Source of the DNA: the human T2T-CHM13v2.0 reference genome, Homo sapiens
DNA: 64,000 nt
NCBI RefSeq assembly: GCF_009914755.1
Contig: NC_060942.1
Direction: 5' to 3' (one strand)
The notes beneath the pieces are model-generated. The model made no database searches and was not told the origin of the DNA. It worked only from the letters and a program-made list of their open reading frames with translations. A program made the position numbers and the translations under genes. Shown in pieces: positions 1 through 15,260 of this stretch; the stretch's first letter is position 1, and every line of letters starts with the position of its first letter.

Positions 1-958
1 CACTTCTTCTACTTCATTCTTTGTAAAAATTAATCTTTCTAAAGTTTTCCTTCGATTTCAATTGAATATTTCTCACCTTTTCTTGATATATAATATATAT
101 TGCTAACCTTTTAAAAAACAGTACACATTTATCTCACCCATTTCCCTAATTCCTATGTCTAGACTAAAGGGCAGATCCTCCATATTAAGTTAGTTTTGAA
201 AAAGTAAAATAAATTTATTTTCTCTTGTGACCAAAATAGTTTAGATTTTCAACCAGCCCATCAAGTGAACTTTCAAATAACCAAATTCACATTGAACTAT
301 TTTTTAGATGGAAAGTTATAATCAATGAAAATCCAGTAAAATGCATATATAAGTCTTTCAAATGTCAAAAGAGAATACCTGAACTAAGCTTTGGAATACT
401 AAGCATTTAAAACATTCTCCATTGAAGGCATCCATCCTTTATTAAAATTTGCTTATGTGAGATCATTTAATCCATTTCTACATTGGGAGTTATTTTGGCT
501 GGATTGCATTGGTCAATATTACCTTTATAATACTGCACTGTAAGAAAGTTTACTTGCTCCGTATGAAATTTCCAATATTTGATGGTTTTTGACCTACAAA
601 AGCAGCAAGTTTCACTTGCTTCAAACTAAAACTGCTTTTCTTAAGCTCCTTTGAGGATTAAAGGAGAATAGGACAGAAGGAAGCTTCAGAATCCAGACCA
701 AATTTTACTACTCATCCTCCACCCTTTCTTTTGTCATCTTCTCCCAAACTTTTATTTGCTTCCAATCTTTGTGTTGCTGAATGTTTGGGGCTCTTTAGTT
801 GTTGAATTTGTATTGCTGTTTCAAAATCAATGGTTTTCCATCTGCTGCTTATATGCAGACAACTATGAGAGAATCATGGAACCTTTGCACTAAACCTGAA
901 GATTGAATTAAGGGCATTCAGATTTAACCGCTTTTTCAATTAAAAAATTCCTCTACAG

Positions 959-1295
959 CAGAGGTCAGCAAACTTTTTTTTGTAAAGACCAGGAAGTAAA
1001 TATTTCAGGCTTTGCAGGCCACGTGATCTCTGTTGCACCTCCTGGACTCTACAGTTTTCAGGCAAATGCAGCCACAGAAATCATGTAAATATATAGACAT
1101 GCCTGTGTTCCAATAAAACATTATTTATGGACACTGAAATTTGAATTTCACATTCTTGTCACGTCATGAACTGTTCTTCTTCCTTTGATTTTTCCCCCAT
1201 TCATTTAAAAATGTAAACATTCTTCTTGTCTTATGGGCCACACAAAACAGGCAGCCAGATGGATTTGGTCTTCAGGTCATCTTTACCAGCCTCTA
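959..1295 (-). mobile_element. MER58B-like hAT-Charlie MITE
   Basis: Termini cagaggtcagcaaact...accagcctcta; internal gtaaatatttcaggctttgcaggcc, ctgtgttccaataaaac and gggccacacaaaacaggc match the MER58 family; about 340 bp; degenerate 8-bp flanks ctctacag/cgtcacag. Confidence 0.8.
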
Positions 1296-1954
1296 CGTCA
1301 CAGCATCACTGACATGGGTCATCTGACGTCATCATAAACACCTCTGTTGATGGGGAGTTGATTACACACAAGTCAGCAAATTCCCAATGCTTCATTTGCA
1401 TTTATCAGAAATGTAGTAGAACCATATTATGTGTGTTATTTTTTATCAAACAAAAGACAAAGAAGGCCCCCAATAATATTTTTGCAGTGACATGATTATT
1501 ATTACTTTTTTCTAAACCAGCTCTTATAGGCAATATTATCTTCCAAACCACTGTGTATAATTTTCGATTATCTGCACTGCAATTGTAATATATATTTTGA
1601 CTACTACCTTCGTCAAATAATACTGCATCATAGTGTTTCGTATATAAAGCATGTAGTTTTATAACTAGAATTTCAGATGTCACGCATAAAGAAACCTCAT
1701 TTGAGTGATTATTCCATGTCATTCTTGGCTTTTACGAAATTTTAGACATGTAGGTTGCTTTCACTTGTTTCACTGACGATTGCCCTTGTGCATATTGTTA
1801 AATTTCCAACACTTATATTCATTCCTTTGGGAAGAATTCCAGAAGTGGAATTACTAATTCTGAGTATATAATCATCATAATCTTTGTTGAATTTACTAAA
1901 ATATTATGGTCCCTGTATAAGTGGGGACAATATACATTAAGTCCTTTATGTGGG

Positions 1955-2112
1955 ACAGGCAATGCGCTAAACACTTTAAATACATTATTACATCGAAACC
2001 CCACAATAGTTATGTAAAAATATAGGTCATTATCCCTGCTTGTAGAGGTAGAAACATGACTGACATTAACAGTTCAAATTAGAACTTAGGTCTATCTGAC
2101 TCCAAAGCCTGT
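1955..2112 (-). mobile_element. MIR fragment
   Basis: tagaacttaggtctatctgactccaaagcct and attatccctgcttgtagaggtagaaac are MIR core-like. Confidence 0.6.
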
Positions 2113-4974
2113 CGGGAGGCATTTTATCACCTCTTACCATTTATAAATTTGCAATGCTAATACACCCGTAAGGTAGAATGCTACTTTAATTTTTTTTCCT
2201 TCTCTCTCTTTATCAGGTGAAATTCAACTTAAGTTTTAAGTCTTATTTTAACATTAAATCTGCCACAAATTATTCCTCAAACCCAACAAGGCAGAATCTA
2301 CTGGTCATTCCTCTGTGCTCCCACCTATTAGAAGTAAAGGCTTATTCCAGTGTATTATTTTTAGCATCTTGAGGAAGGTACTGTGGTACATTTATGCTGT
2401 GTCCCCCTGAGGTATCACAAAGCTTTGTACAAAGTCAGAGACCAATGCATGTCCACCCAGTATTACTACAGTGGGTCAAGATCTGCTTCTGGAAGCTTCG
2501 TTTCATTGGCGTACATTCTTTATCTCTGCTATAAGTCCAGTAAATCAAATACTTTGGTCTTGTCCTTATTTTATCATCTTTGTTCTCTTTTCTGGTATTT
2601 ATCTCACCTCTCACCACCCTACTGCCCTGAAAATATCATTTTTGTGTACTTAGCCTCCCTCAGAATGTGTTCCTGGCTCAACTCTCTCACCAGCAGATAG
2701 CATGAGGCTGACCAAGGCCTCCATCCTCACATATTAGACTCTGTCTACTTAGGAAAACTAGAGACTGAAAATGAGATCAGGGCCACTCTTGTAGAAATTA
2801 GAAACCTTAGCAAACCACAAATGGCACAGATTTTAACTGGCAGATTATTTCTTATTAAAACATTTTAAAATAGTTCTAGTTGTAAGTTGACTCAGATCTG
2901 GAAAGGTATGTGATAAAGCTATTTTCATTGGGGGTTCTAAGTCTAAACATGTGGCTCTGTGGAGAATTAATCTGCTCTGCTGTCATTGTCTTAGCATCAT
3001 TATCATCATGATTATCACATTGTTGTAGTTTCCAGTCACCTCTTAGGCACTAATTGAACAGTAAGGTTGCATCACCGCTGTTGGTGCTGCTTAGGTAGTA
3101 TTTTCACCTCTTTACACATTGTGGATCATTTTCTTACTGACTTTCTCTGGCCTCTATATTCTACACATCTTGGATAGGATGTGATTTGTAAAAAGGAATA
3201 TACAAATTATGCCCCCAAAATGTAGAAATTTAACAATCTGATGTTATATAAAAACTGTTGATAATTCAACTTTGTCCTAGAAAAATTATATTCAAGTTAT
3301 AGTCTCATTACCCTGAAATTTTTTATTGAGTTTTGTCATAAATATAAACAGTGTACAAGTCATGGTATATATCCAGCTGTATTTCAACCATGAATATGTT
3401 CTTCAAATTCTAGAAATCTCTATGCGTAAATATCAATAATTTTTATATGAGGTGTTTATTACAATTCTGAAATTAAAATATATTGTGTCTGAAACTTCAT
3501 GGTTTGTTAATCATGTATGTATTATGTGGGGAAGATATTTGTATAAAATACTATTCATTTGCTTCAATTAGTATAGAATAAAAACATTTATAGAATTGCG
3601 TTTTAAATTTAGAATATAACCTTAGAGAATGTTATTTTTATTTGGCATAGGTTTTTTTCATATATTAGACAATTTGTAATTGGATAAGACAATCTTCAGT
3701 TGAATAAAATACTATAGCTGTATTCTTTACCACATATAGGAATCAACTCTTACTTAATAACAGGAAGCTGTATGTTTGCTAATGAGAAGATTACATAATG
3801 CAATTTAAGTTTATGTTCTGCTTACCTTTATGCTGAACAAAACTGTTTGAATTTACAAAAAAATCAGAGGAAAAATTGCTCTGCTAATAAGCCCAGTAAA
3901 GATGATGAATAATGAATGTTGGAATGTTATTATAGAATAAAGCCACAAGCTATGATATATCTTGCTGCTAAATTATTTTAAATGCTGTCTGATAATTATA
4001 TACTTGTTTTAAGTCTACATCTGTACATGTTAAAATTGAAATCAGAGTTTCTAATCAATACTAATTTTTCCTTCTTGGTTGGGTGGGAGGAGAATGTTCA
4101 TGATAGAGAATATGTTTTACAGTTAGAATGTTAAAAGAAAATCATATTTAAATTAATAGATGTTTGTTTAGGGCAAGTGTTACTCCAGGGCAGGGATTAC
4201 TGAGGAAATTTTAGAAAAACATTGAAGTAAGACTATGATGATTAATGGAATTATTACCCTGATGTATTCTGTGGAAAGAATTAAGGGGGAAAATACATTT
4301 TATCATTAAGGAAACAAAATATGAATTGCATATTTAACACTTCATTAAATATGTAGATTGCTGTGAAATCTGGTGAGAAAGTTAAGGATAGTGAGATGCC
4401 ATAAAGCCATCATCCAACACACGTTCATTTGTTCTATCCATGATAAAGTGAGAAAAATTAGAAAAGAGCCGGAGAGCCAGAGTTAGACAGACATGAAAAA
4501 TGGGACATTGGAAACAAAAGCAAATCGCTGGGGATACGTATTTCCAAAGGTAAACTAGGGACCATTGTAACCACTCTGAAATACAAAATATCATTTCTGT
4601 AAACTGTGAAATACTGTAAGCTGCATTTAATAGTGAAAATTATGTTAAATATTATAGCAATGCCAAATGAAGTGATTGGCCACTGCTTGTTTCTTGCATT
4701 TTTGATCCAAGTGCACATTTCTTATTGTTGTCTTCCCATTCAGATTCACAAGTGGTCAGACAACCTCTATCTCAGATATATTACGTAAACTTCCAATCAT
4801 ACGCATGTCTTTGGTGGTTTTGATTTGAATTCATGATTCTACAGTCTCTGTTCCCCAGGATTATTTAACTTATTAAAATGATACTTGTAAATCTATTTTT
4901 AATATTTGTGAAAGTCAAAACTCTCCTTTGTAATTTGCATATTTAACTCTTTTTTCAAATACAATGTAATACTA

Positions 4975-5160
4975 ACGGAGCAGCTATTAGGTGCTTGACA
5001 CTGTGGTTAATAATTTTACATGTATTTTTTTAAATATTAATAATAAATCTGTTTGGGGTACATATTTTATGATTAAAAAATTACAAACCAGAGAAGTTAA
5101 GTAACTTCCCTTGAGTTTTATACCTACTGCTCACAGTTCTATAAAGCTTACTCTGTACTT
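4975..5160 (-). mobile_element. MIR fragment
   Basis: gtgcttgacactgtgg...agaagttaagtaacttccc is MIR-like. Confidence 0.5.
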
Positions 5161-6254
5161 AATTCTACTATTAGTGAAAAGACATTCAGTTTTTGTAAAA
5201 TGATTTATTGGAGGGTTTGAGGATCCACTCAGTGATAAATACCCTGAGGCTCTATGCAAACCCTATTTTGAGAAAGAACACAATTTAAAGATTCTCTTCT
5301 AAGTGCCTAACAGCAACGTTGTATTTTGGAAGTTATAAGTGAATTTATTCAATTATTTCTTCTCTAGTTGTTGTTATCCAATTGCTGCATGAGTTTTAAC
5401 CAACTGAGTGACTGATTTTAAAATTTTCAGTTTTCAGGTTGGCTTGCATATAAACTAAATCTAAGAGATTGCTTGAGAAACTGAATGCCAATGGCCTAAA
5501 TGCCCTTAGCTGGTATAGTTGTGATGCTCAGTGCTAATTTTACTGTAATAGATATAGAAATAGAAATAAAAATAGTTTTAACCATTATATTTTGGTTAAC
5601 TCATTAACCAATTGGCTTTTCTTTTCTTATGGAATTGTGGTATCTGATAGCAATGTAAGCAAATATAATTTTTCAAAAGGGGAACCAGAATTTATGTAGA
5701 TGCATAGATAGCCCCATAATCACCACTTCTCACAATCACAATCTTCTTGCCTGAGAAAAACTGTTGTTTTAATGGAGAACATAAAGTTTCATTAAGATAC
5801 AGATTTTTTTTCAGCTGATTCTTCTTTATTTCTGTAAAATTCAGTAGTCTAGAAAAACTTTATCTTGGAAAACATGTAGTAAACTTGATTGACCATATTA
5901 GCTTTGCTCCACCATTAGGCCATTATACCGAAACTCTTAGCTGTCAGATTCAATTCAGACTTTAATTAAATTGCCTTGTGGTCTGACCTGAAAGAGTGAA
6001 TGTCACAGGACTTCTCAGGAATTAACATGATGGTTATTGCAGAAGTAGATAGAAGGAATGGAAAATCACTTAAAACTAGTTAGTGTGAAAGCCCTATTTT
6101 GGGTATTTCCCATGTTTTGCAAGCATCAGCTCTTTCTGACCTTTAGCCTTCCAAAAATCACTCTAACCATTTTATCTCCCTTTTGCATGCATATCTTTGC
6201 CAAATGCCCCTCCTTCCATATTCAGTATTCAGTCATTTTCTTGTGAATTCTAGA

Positions 6255-6790
6255 ACAACCAAAAATAGTTCTTGTATGTCTACTAAGTGCTTTAACTCCT
6301 ATGCTGGACACTGTACAGATCATCGTGAGCAAAACAGGCATTGCATCCACCCTCAAGAAGCTTATATTCCACCATGGGAGACAGATGTTCATCAACACAG
6401 TCTTTGCATATGTCATAACAAGTTACTATAAGTGCTACAAAAATGTATGTGCAATATGCAAATACATTGGAGGGTACTAGGAAAATATGTAACAGAGGAT
6501 CTTATCCAGGCTTTTCTAGGAAATTGACATTTGAGTTGAGATCTAAATGAGGCACTGGAATTCACTGGGCGAAGTTGGGGGATGGTGGAGGATTGAGTGC
6601 TGGTGGTCCCAAACTGGGGAACAATATAGACAAGACCTACAAAAGGAAGAGGCAAGGCTTTCAGAAACTGAAGGATGGGTTTTGGGGCTAGATCAGTGAA
6701 GCAGAGTGGGGGTGTGAAGGGAGCTAGAGAGATGAACAGCAGCAGTTCCCAGAGGCCCTGCAAGTCATTCTAAGGCCTCAAATCTGAGCT
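6255..6790 (-). mobile_element. L2 3' fragment
   Basis: caccctcaagaagcttatattcca...gggagacaga and gacatttgagttgagatctaaatga are typical antisense L2 motifs. Confidence 0.65.
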
Positions 6791-7981
6791 CATTAGAAAA
6801 TTCTATGTGCAACCAGCCTTATTAGGGTCATTTAATGACTTCTTAGTTTATTCCTCTTGAAATAATTTAAGGATACCTAGTTGTAATGTGTTTTTAAGTA
6901 GGAATGCTCTTTCTTGTGAAGTCATTTTCTGTTTTAGAATTTCTGCCAATTAGGTCATAGCTATTTTTCCTTTGGTTTTTCTTTGTTTCATTCTTTCTAT
7001 TACTTTCTTCCACCTTTTCTGCTTTTGAAAATAATTTTCATGTCTATTCACAGTCTTCATCTCTCCCCTCTGTGATTATGGCACTTCAACGTGTCACGGT
7101 CCTTTTCTCCACGTTTTCTTGCTATACCCGTCTCATCTTCCAGTTCTTTCTTCTTGGCTGGAATTAAGTCCTGAGTAATCATTTTTCTCATTGCTTTCTT
7201 TACTTTCTGGATGATGGAATCATCAGTGAGGCACATCAGGAACATATCAGATGATGGGCTCTCAGCTGAGTCACACTTTGAGCAGATGCACAGGTAACTG
7301 AAGCTTCCCATCCCTGAAGTGCCTTCCCTGTATGCCATTTTTAAATATTTTACAGAAAAGATGGACCCACAGTTTTCCTTCATGAGATTGGTTAGTATTC
7401 TATTCCTGTAATAACACTTTTCATTTTTCTTTTGTTTTGTTCTTAACCAATTGCTTTCTGTTGTGTTTTCTTTTAAAACACTTTTAGGTTTAACTTTATT
7501 ATTTAATACATGTTCAATCTCTAGAACACTACAACTAATGATTCTAAGTAATAGAACAATTAAGCACAGTGTAACAAAACCATAATTTGTAAATATTTAA
7601 TATTTTTAAGAAGCATTTCCAAGTTGATGAAAAACTGTATACATAATAAACAGGCAAATACTAGTTAGTTTCAAGTTCTATCAAGTTCATAGTCAGCAAT
7701 TTCAGTTTTGTGGGGTTCTTCAAAATGTTTTGTTAAATCCACAACATTGTTTACTATGGCAAGGAAAAGGACTGGAAAATTTGCCCCCTGCTTGTTGAAC
7801 TCTCTACATTCTTATGATACCACTTGACATTACTTAGTTGTGGGTTATTTAAGATAATCAGTTATTTGTTCAGTGAGACAACATTGCTCTGTAAGAGGGT
7901 CCTGTAAGACTGGGAGGGGAGCTCAGTGATCAGATATTCAATCAGATCTTCTTGCATTTCCCTTAGTAACATGATACTCTG

Positions 7982-8337
<356 letters not shown>

Positions 8338-9099
8338 CTACTTTTAATATATCTTGTAACTTTTTTAAACCTAGAAATTTGAAACTAATGGTAAGTCACT
8401 CTATTATCAAAGCAGTAATCTAAAATTATCCAGGAAAATAATCTTTTTTCTGAGATCTGGCACATAATAATTTGCTGATCTACCAAAGACGTATGGATTT
8501 TACCGAAATAATAGTTTTCATGAGGTTAGGAGTTTTATTTTGTTATCCTTTTTGCAAAATAGTACCTTTCTTTTTCACAGAGAATTTCTTTTCCCATTAA
8601 TATCACGGTAGATAACTCAGTTGATGGTGACTGTCATAATGCTCTTTAAGTTCTAAGGGCACTCTAAGCGTCATCTTGGCTCTGACACTGCCAAGTATGA
8701 CTTGGATTTTCTTTGCTTGGAAAGTTCTTGCATGGTGCTCTCTCACCACATATTCCCATCCCCTGAAATTGCATGTTTTCATTTTCTTAGCAACTTTTTC
8801 TTTATTGGTACTCATCTTATAGGTCTTCCCATTTGTTGGGTTTGATGTTTGGCTCAATATTGTCACTAAAGCAACACCACCAGCGATTTTCCAGGCCAAA
8901 GTATTACATTAAACAAATGGTTCCATAGAATACACTCTCATGGTGCTGTAGTTGCTTTCATTGCTAAGTCTGGTTCCTGGAGCACCAGGCATTAGACCTT
9001 AACCATGCCATCTCAACACAGATTTGGACCACACGCAGCTCCGAAGTGTACACACAGACACAGTGCTTCTTTTATACTACCATTGACTAACTTAACACG

Positions 9100-9480
9100 A
9101 GTTCCCAGAGATAAGCACATCATATACAAGAGATAAATGGAGTTTGTGGATAATCTTTTTTAGTTCACCACAGTGTATGAAACAAATACATTATACATCT
9201 GCCTGCAGGGAGCATGTGCTGATGTAGGAAGACACACACTGAACAAGTAACTGCAAGTTATTGAGCGTATACAAGGAGAGGTTGCGTGAGGATATGTGAA
9301 TTCAGGAGGAAGGAACCTCACCTGTTGATGAACTTAACTTTTCTTCAGAGGAAGAGATATTTTAAAGAGACATGAGAGAAATTCCAGCTAACCAGATAAA
9401 AGGACTAGGGATTGAGAGGCAGAGACAATAGTATGGGTGAGTTCAAAAAACCAGAATGTGGTATTCTACACAAGCTGGAG
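9100..9480 (-). mobile_element. Degraded L2 fragment
   Basis: Purine-rich L2-like antisense motifs (cttcagaggaagagatattttaaagagacatga). Confidence 0.4.
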
Positions 9481-10425
9481 ATTTTAAATTCACAATTTTT
9501 GCATGTATTTTGCATAGTAACATAAGACTTCTTGTTGTAAGCATTTCTTTGGCTTTCACCCCTGGGATACTATTTGTGCCTAGGATTTTTGAGAAGGTAG
9601 CAAAACATTTCTATAATGCCTCAACTCTCTATAGTGAGTACATTACCTAACTGGAGTGAGATAGTCCACAGATGATGCAACCTTTGCAAGCTGGAAAGCA
9701 CTTTCCTCTTATTTTATCATGGAAATTAGGTATTTCATTGTGACAGTTACATGAGGCATTATGTTGAGCTGTCGCTAGGAGCAGTTAGTATTATCTTTTT
9801 GGGCTTTAAAAGCACAGAAAACAGTTGGGGGAAAGTGGAGCTATTTTGGAATAGCACAAACAATCTGGGTTGGTCATTGATTTTCTTATGAATCTCATTT
9901 GACTGTTCCAGATAAATACAAAATATTTGGAGAATAAAAGAGTACAGATTCATACGTATCACTGAAAACTGTTCATCTTAAAGTTCGTGTTCTTTGTTGT
10001 CATCATTTTCTTGTAATGCTGGCAGAATCCAGATGCTCAGGTCAAATAAGACCATAAGTGAGAAATAAACTGTGGTGACATTTGAGTTGACAGACATAAT
10101 TCTGACACGTAGAAATTATTGGGAAGAAAAACAAAAATCGAAACTCACAAATGAGAGCTTAAAATGAGGTTATGCTGTCTACTTCAGAATTATTTTATCA
10201 CACACCCAGTACTTTTATGCCAAATATGCCTGGGTTTATGCAATTTAAGGACACAAGAGAGAAAGATAAGTTCTTCGAGGCTTTCCAGGAGCCAAAGTCT
10301 GGCAATTGTAGGTGCATCTCTTTCAGACTGAACACATATTAGAGATCAGTTTTAATGACACTTTTTGGAAGGATTTACTCAAATAAGTGATTCTCCCTAA
10401 AATACGAGACTAGCTTTTGATCGTT

Positions 10426-10594
10426 GTTTTTTTTTTTTTTCATTTAAATTTTTTTTTCATTTTTAATTTTTTTTTGTAGGGATGGGGGTCTCGTTATGTT
10501 GCCCGGTCTGGTCTTGAACTCTTGGCCTCACGTGATCCTCCCGCCTGAGCCTCCCAAAGTGCTGGGGTTACAGGCAGAACAAACTGTGCCCTGC
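10426..10594 (-). mobile_element. Alu left monomer (FLAM-like)
   Basis: T-rich tail followed by gtagggatgggggtctcgttatgttgccc...ctcccaaagtgctggggttacaggc; only one monomer. Confidence 0.85.
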
Positions 10595-12073
10595 TTAGGT
10601 TTTAATTCTTAATGGTCATCAGGATTATTCGGATAGAGCTTCCGATTCCCTCATACTTTCCTATAAATCAACAAGGCAGAGAAGCCCTAAAATTTGCCTT
10701 GCTGCTCTACATTAAACTGGCTTCAGATATTGCCGGTGTTCTCCCAGTCTGCAGGGTCCCTAGAAATCCACATTCAATGGTTTTAAATTTTGCAAATGTT
10801 GCCTATGGGAGGGTGGCTCTGATTCCCACTATCACCAGTCCCATTTAAGGATTTTTGGTTTTATAATTTGCATCATTTGGATCTGTTTATGTTTGGCAGA
10901 AATAAAATGTATGACTTTGAACAAATAAAAGCTTAGCCACTAGAATATTAACTTCAATATCTACATAAATATTTTTCTTCAAAGTAGTTACTTTGGAAAA
11001 TGACTTTTAATGTTTCTGGAATTCTGCCTTTTAGAAGTGGTGCCAGAGTCAGCTCACAAGCTGCACAGTGAAAACACTGTCACTGCTTTATAGTCGAAAC
11101 TTATTTTCCCTATAAATCCAAACAGTGTGCCATTCAACTGGAACACCAAACTATTCAGTACCTATGGCACCAAATTATTTTTGTTTCTATATGTTTCTTC
11201 TTAAAATCGATCATTCTGAAGTATCAAAATGTCTCATAGCTTAAGTATTTATAAACAACAGACTTTAAGAACAATTTCAAAAAAGTTCCCCAAATTGTTT
11301 TAATAACCTCAGATTCTTTACTTGCATAAACATAGCTGGCAAAGTGACTCCTTGAAAAAGACAACACTCATTTAAGTGTTAAGCTATGTTACTTATGTTA
11401 AACTTATTAATGAATAAACCTAAGGTCACACAATCATATGTCTTAAAGGCAATGGTTGCAACTTCTTTTCTCACTTACCTTAGTACGAAAATAGCATACA
11501 TTTTTTAATGTCTGCCCTGTATCATGCACTTTGCTAAAGATTTTACATAACCATGTTTATTTGTCTCTAAGTTTTTATTGGTAGTCATTTTGCTAAAAAT
11601 AATGTGGCTAGTCTTGAAGAGATGTTGCATAGAAAGATCATTGTACAAACTCAGCTTAACTTGGCTTCAAAGCGTATTTTTCCTTCTAATATTTGATGGT
11701 AATGCTGAGAGATTTTACTCCTCTCTCTTTCCTTCCTTGCATCCATCCTATCCTAACGACAATAGTGACATCTGAGGATGGGCTATCAGCTTTCAGCATT
11801 TGCAAACCATTTCTTCTGAAACTCTTAGTACCCAGTGTTTTCAAAGCACCATAATGTTAACTTTCTCTTTTAGCTTTTGTTTTGCTCTTTTGATTGCATT
11901 GACTTTAAAAATAGTTTTATTGTTATTAAAGAAATTATTAAGCATATTTTTAGAATCCTATTCAACTCAGAAAGTGGAAGGATAAGGCTAGGGAGGAAGG
12001 AGGCAAAGGAAAATTATACTGGTTTCAATTTTGAAGACTTGCCTTCCTGAAACAGTTACTGTTAAAATGTTAG

Positions 12074-12465
<392 letters not shown>

Positions 12466-12589
12466 TCTATATTCTTAAATAATATTCATGAATAGGCATA
12501 TCTTTTAGATGTTATCTATTGATTTCTATTATGGAAGGTGAATATTTTAAGTTTTCTACCCTCGCACTTTTCTTTCTTCATGTGACTTT

Positions 12590-13300
12590 TCATTTTCATT
12601 TGAGGCATAATTAATATACAATAAAATGCACACATCTCAAGTGTTGAGTTCACTGAATTTTGACAATTTTATATACATCTGTAAATATCATCCAAAATAA
12701 GACATAGAGCATTTTTATTCCTCTAGAAAGTTCTCCCATGGTCCTATACATAAGTTTATTATTCCCCTCTCCCTCATATACACATACACCATTGTCTGAT
12801 TTCTAACACCATTGCATAGTTTTATCCGTATTTAGATTTCATATAAATGGGAATGAACATTATTTCCTCTTTTTTTCCGGCTTTTTTCTTTACACTAAAA
12901 GGTTTGAGGTTCATCCATGGTTGTGTGTGTACCAATACTTCATTCTTATTTTTTTGCTGAGTAGTATTCAATTACATAGGCAAGTCCTAATGTATTTATC
13001 TACTATCTACTATTTTGTTGATTAATATCTGAACACTTTCTAATTTTTGACTATTATTAATAAAAGCTGCTATGAACATTCACAGACAGATCTTTGTTAG
13101 CACTTATGTTTTCATTTCTTTTGGGTAAAAATGTAGGAATAGAATTGCTAGGCCATATAAAAAACAGATGTATAACTTTATAAACATCTAAACCCTAGAG
13201 TAGTTCTACAACATAACTAAAATAAAATACCATTTTACAATTCTTCCAGAAATGGATGAGAAGCCTATTCATCTTCATCAATATTTAGTGTTGGATTTTA
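12590..13300 (-). mobile_element. Ancient L1 (L1MC/L1ME-type) 3' end
   Basis: tgaggcataattaatatacaataaaatgcacac..., gctgagtagtattc, aagctgctatgaacatt and ttttcatttcttttgggtaaa are antisense L1M 3' motifs. Confidence 0.75.
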
Positions 13301-14200
13301 ACCACTAGTCTTAAATTTCTTTATGTGTTTCTTGTGTTACCTGTTTCCCTAGGTTCCTTTTTACTTTTTGCTTGTCTATTTTTCTTGTAGGAAGCGTTCC
13401 TCAGATTCTAGCAATTGCAGACTACCCATTCATATTTAAAAGTGAAGCACTAAAAATATAATTGAAAATTGTGTTAGTAGGCAACATTACTAAATGAGGT
13501 TTCACTTTAGAACAACCAGGTGACCATCTGGCTTTTGAGGATGGTCTCCTAAAGAGCAGCTTTTTAAAGTCTTTACTCTGGGGTGGCTCAGATTTCCCAG
13601 AGAAAAAAACACATCCTCTTATCTTTCACTTTGGATCTATAAATGTGGTTCCCAGGTTATAGAGCCCGGTGGATAAAGAGGTATAGGATTTCTGTTCTGT
13701 ATACAGATTTTATTTTTCTTTTTGTTTGCCGTCTCAAAACTCTGTCTTCCTTTTCTGTGGATTTGTTGTCTCCAAGTCTAGGGATTTTAAGGTTAAGTTC
13801 TCCCCATGTGATACCTATTCTCTCCTGTCCAGGTAGAGAAAACCCACTAAGTTGACGTATGTGGTGGAGATGGGAATAGAGAGAGCAGGGTGTGCCTAAC
13901 ACAAAATTCCGAACAATTGTCTTGTTTTCAACCCCTGACTTACTCTGGTCTTCTGTATTATCAGGCTGTCCTGGGATCTGTAGGGTGGGTCCTTTGCTTC
14001 CCAACCATGTCTTACCTTAGTGTCCTTAGGTTTGTGCTTTTTCAGCTCTGCTGAAAAACATTCTCTACCTGTCTTCTCTTCACATTCCATAATCCTTGAT
14101 TATGTGTGTTTTCTACTTTCCTGAAATGTATTGTTTTTTTCTCGATTTCTGTGTTTTGGGGGCTTAATGTGTTTCCAAGTTTTAATTGTACATGGGATGT
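13300..14200 (-). mobile_element. Ancient L1/HAL1-like fragment
   Basis: cccattcatatttaaaagtgaagcactaaaaa motif and T-rich strand bias; family uncertain. Confidence 0.35.
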
Positions 14201-14879
14201 TCAGATTACACTGTACTTGAGGCTTGAGGGCGATCGAATTAGAGAAAAACTGTATTTGCTGATGAACAGCAAATGTAGTGTTTCTGAAGAGTTAAGCCTA
14301 ATGGGGCCATTTAGTTCATTTTCAAGAATGCTTAAAAGGCTGCGTTAGAAAATAACACAAAGGAACTTCAGAACCTCAGAATAGGGATGGCACCCAGACT
14401 CTCTTCATCATGAGGGTTTTGAGGGTAAAAGTTCAAACAAAAGATACATTCACCTTTTAAAATGTAAATGAACTGCAATATCAGCATAATTTTCTTGTAC
14501 TATCTTTGAAAAAAATACAAGCACATTCACAGTTTTTCTTTATTCTCTCAAGAAGGGCTTTGAAAACCCATAATTATAGAATTTATTAAGGAAAAATAAC
14601 TAATAAATACTTCTGGAGAAGAATATTCAAAAGCCTAAGGATTGCTAGACAAAATATCTCATTTTTAGATCAAATCTTGGAAAGATGCAAAAGTTGTTAC
14701 CGACAAAGATAAGTTATAAATTAAGCATATTGGAAACAAGAGGAAGGATAAAACCTGACAAATTATTGATGTTGCAGGAGGTAACCAAGGAAGGCTGTGC
14801 TCAAATGGCACTTTGATGACCTGGCTTTGTGTGTGATGGTTGATGTGCGGGATCACAGGAAAAATTTCCCGCATATATC

Positions 14880-15140
14880 AGTAAACATATATAATCAAGA
14901 ACCTATGACATGCCCATCACTGTGTAGGCTATAAAGAAATATGAGCACACTCATGATTTCAAACAAGGTTACTTTGGTAGAAAAGACAGTCAAATAAAGA
15001 GATGACATAAGGGAATAGATTCTGAGTGCCAACCAAGTGATACAGACAGTAAGTGTCACCTTAACTCAGAAGAGACAGAGAAAATCATAGGTAGGTAGAG
15101 AATTGAGTCAGCACAGCAAAGGCCGAATTTGTCTTGGTCT
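14880..15140 (-). mobile_element. L2 fragment
   Basis: aagaacctatgacatgcccatcactgtgtaggc...gaaaagacagtcaaataaa resembles the antisense L2 3' end. Confidence 0.45.
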
Positions 15141-15229
15141 TAAAAATAAATCGGTGCAAATCAAAATGGATGATTTAAATTTTACAGCCTATAATGGCAC
15201 TTGGCAAACATGGTATCATTGTCTCTAAG

Positions 15230-15232
<3 letters not shown>

Positions 15233-15260
<28 letters not shown>
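15233..15260. repeat. T28 mononucleotide run
   Basis: 28 consecutive T, followed directly by AG. Confidence 0.95.
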
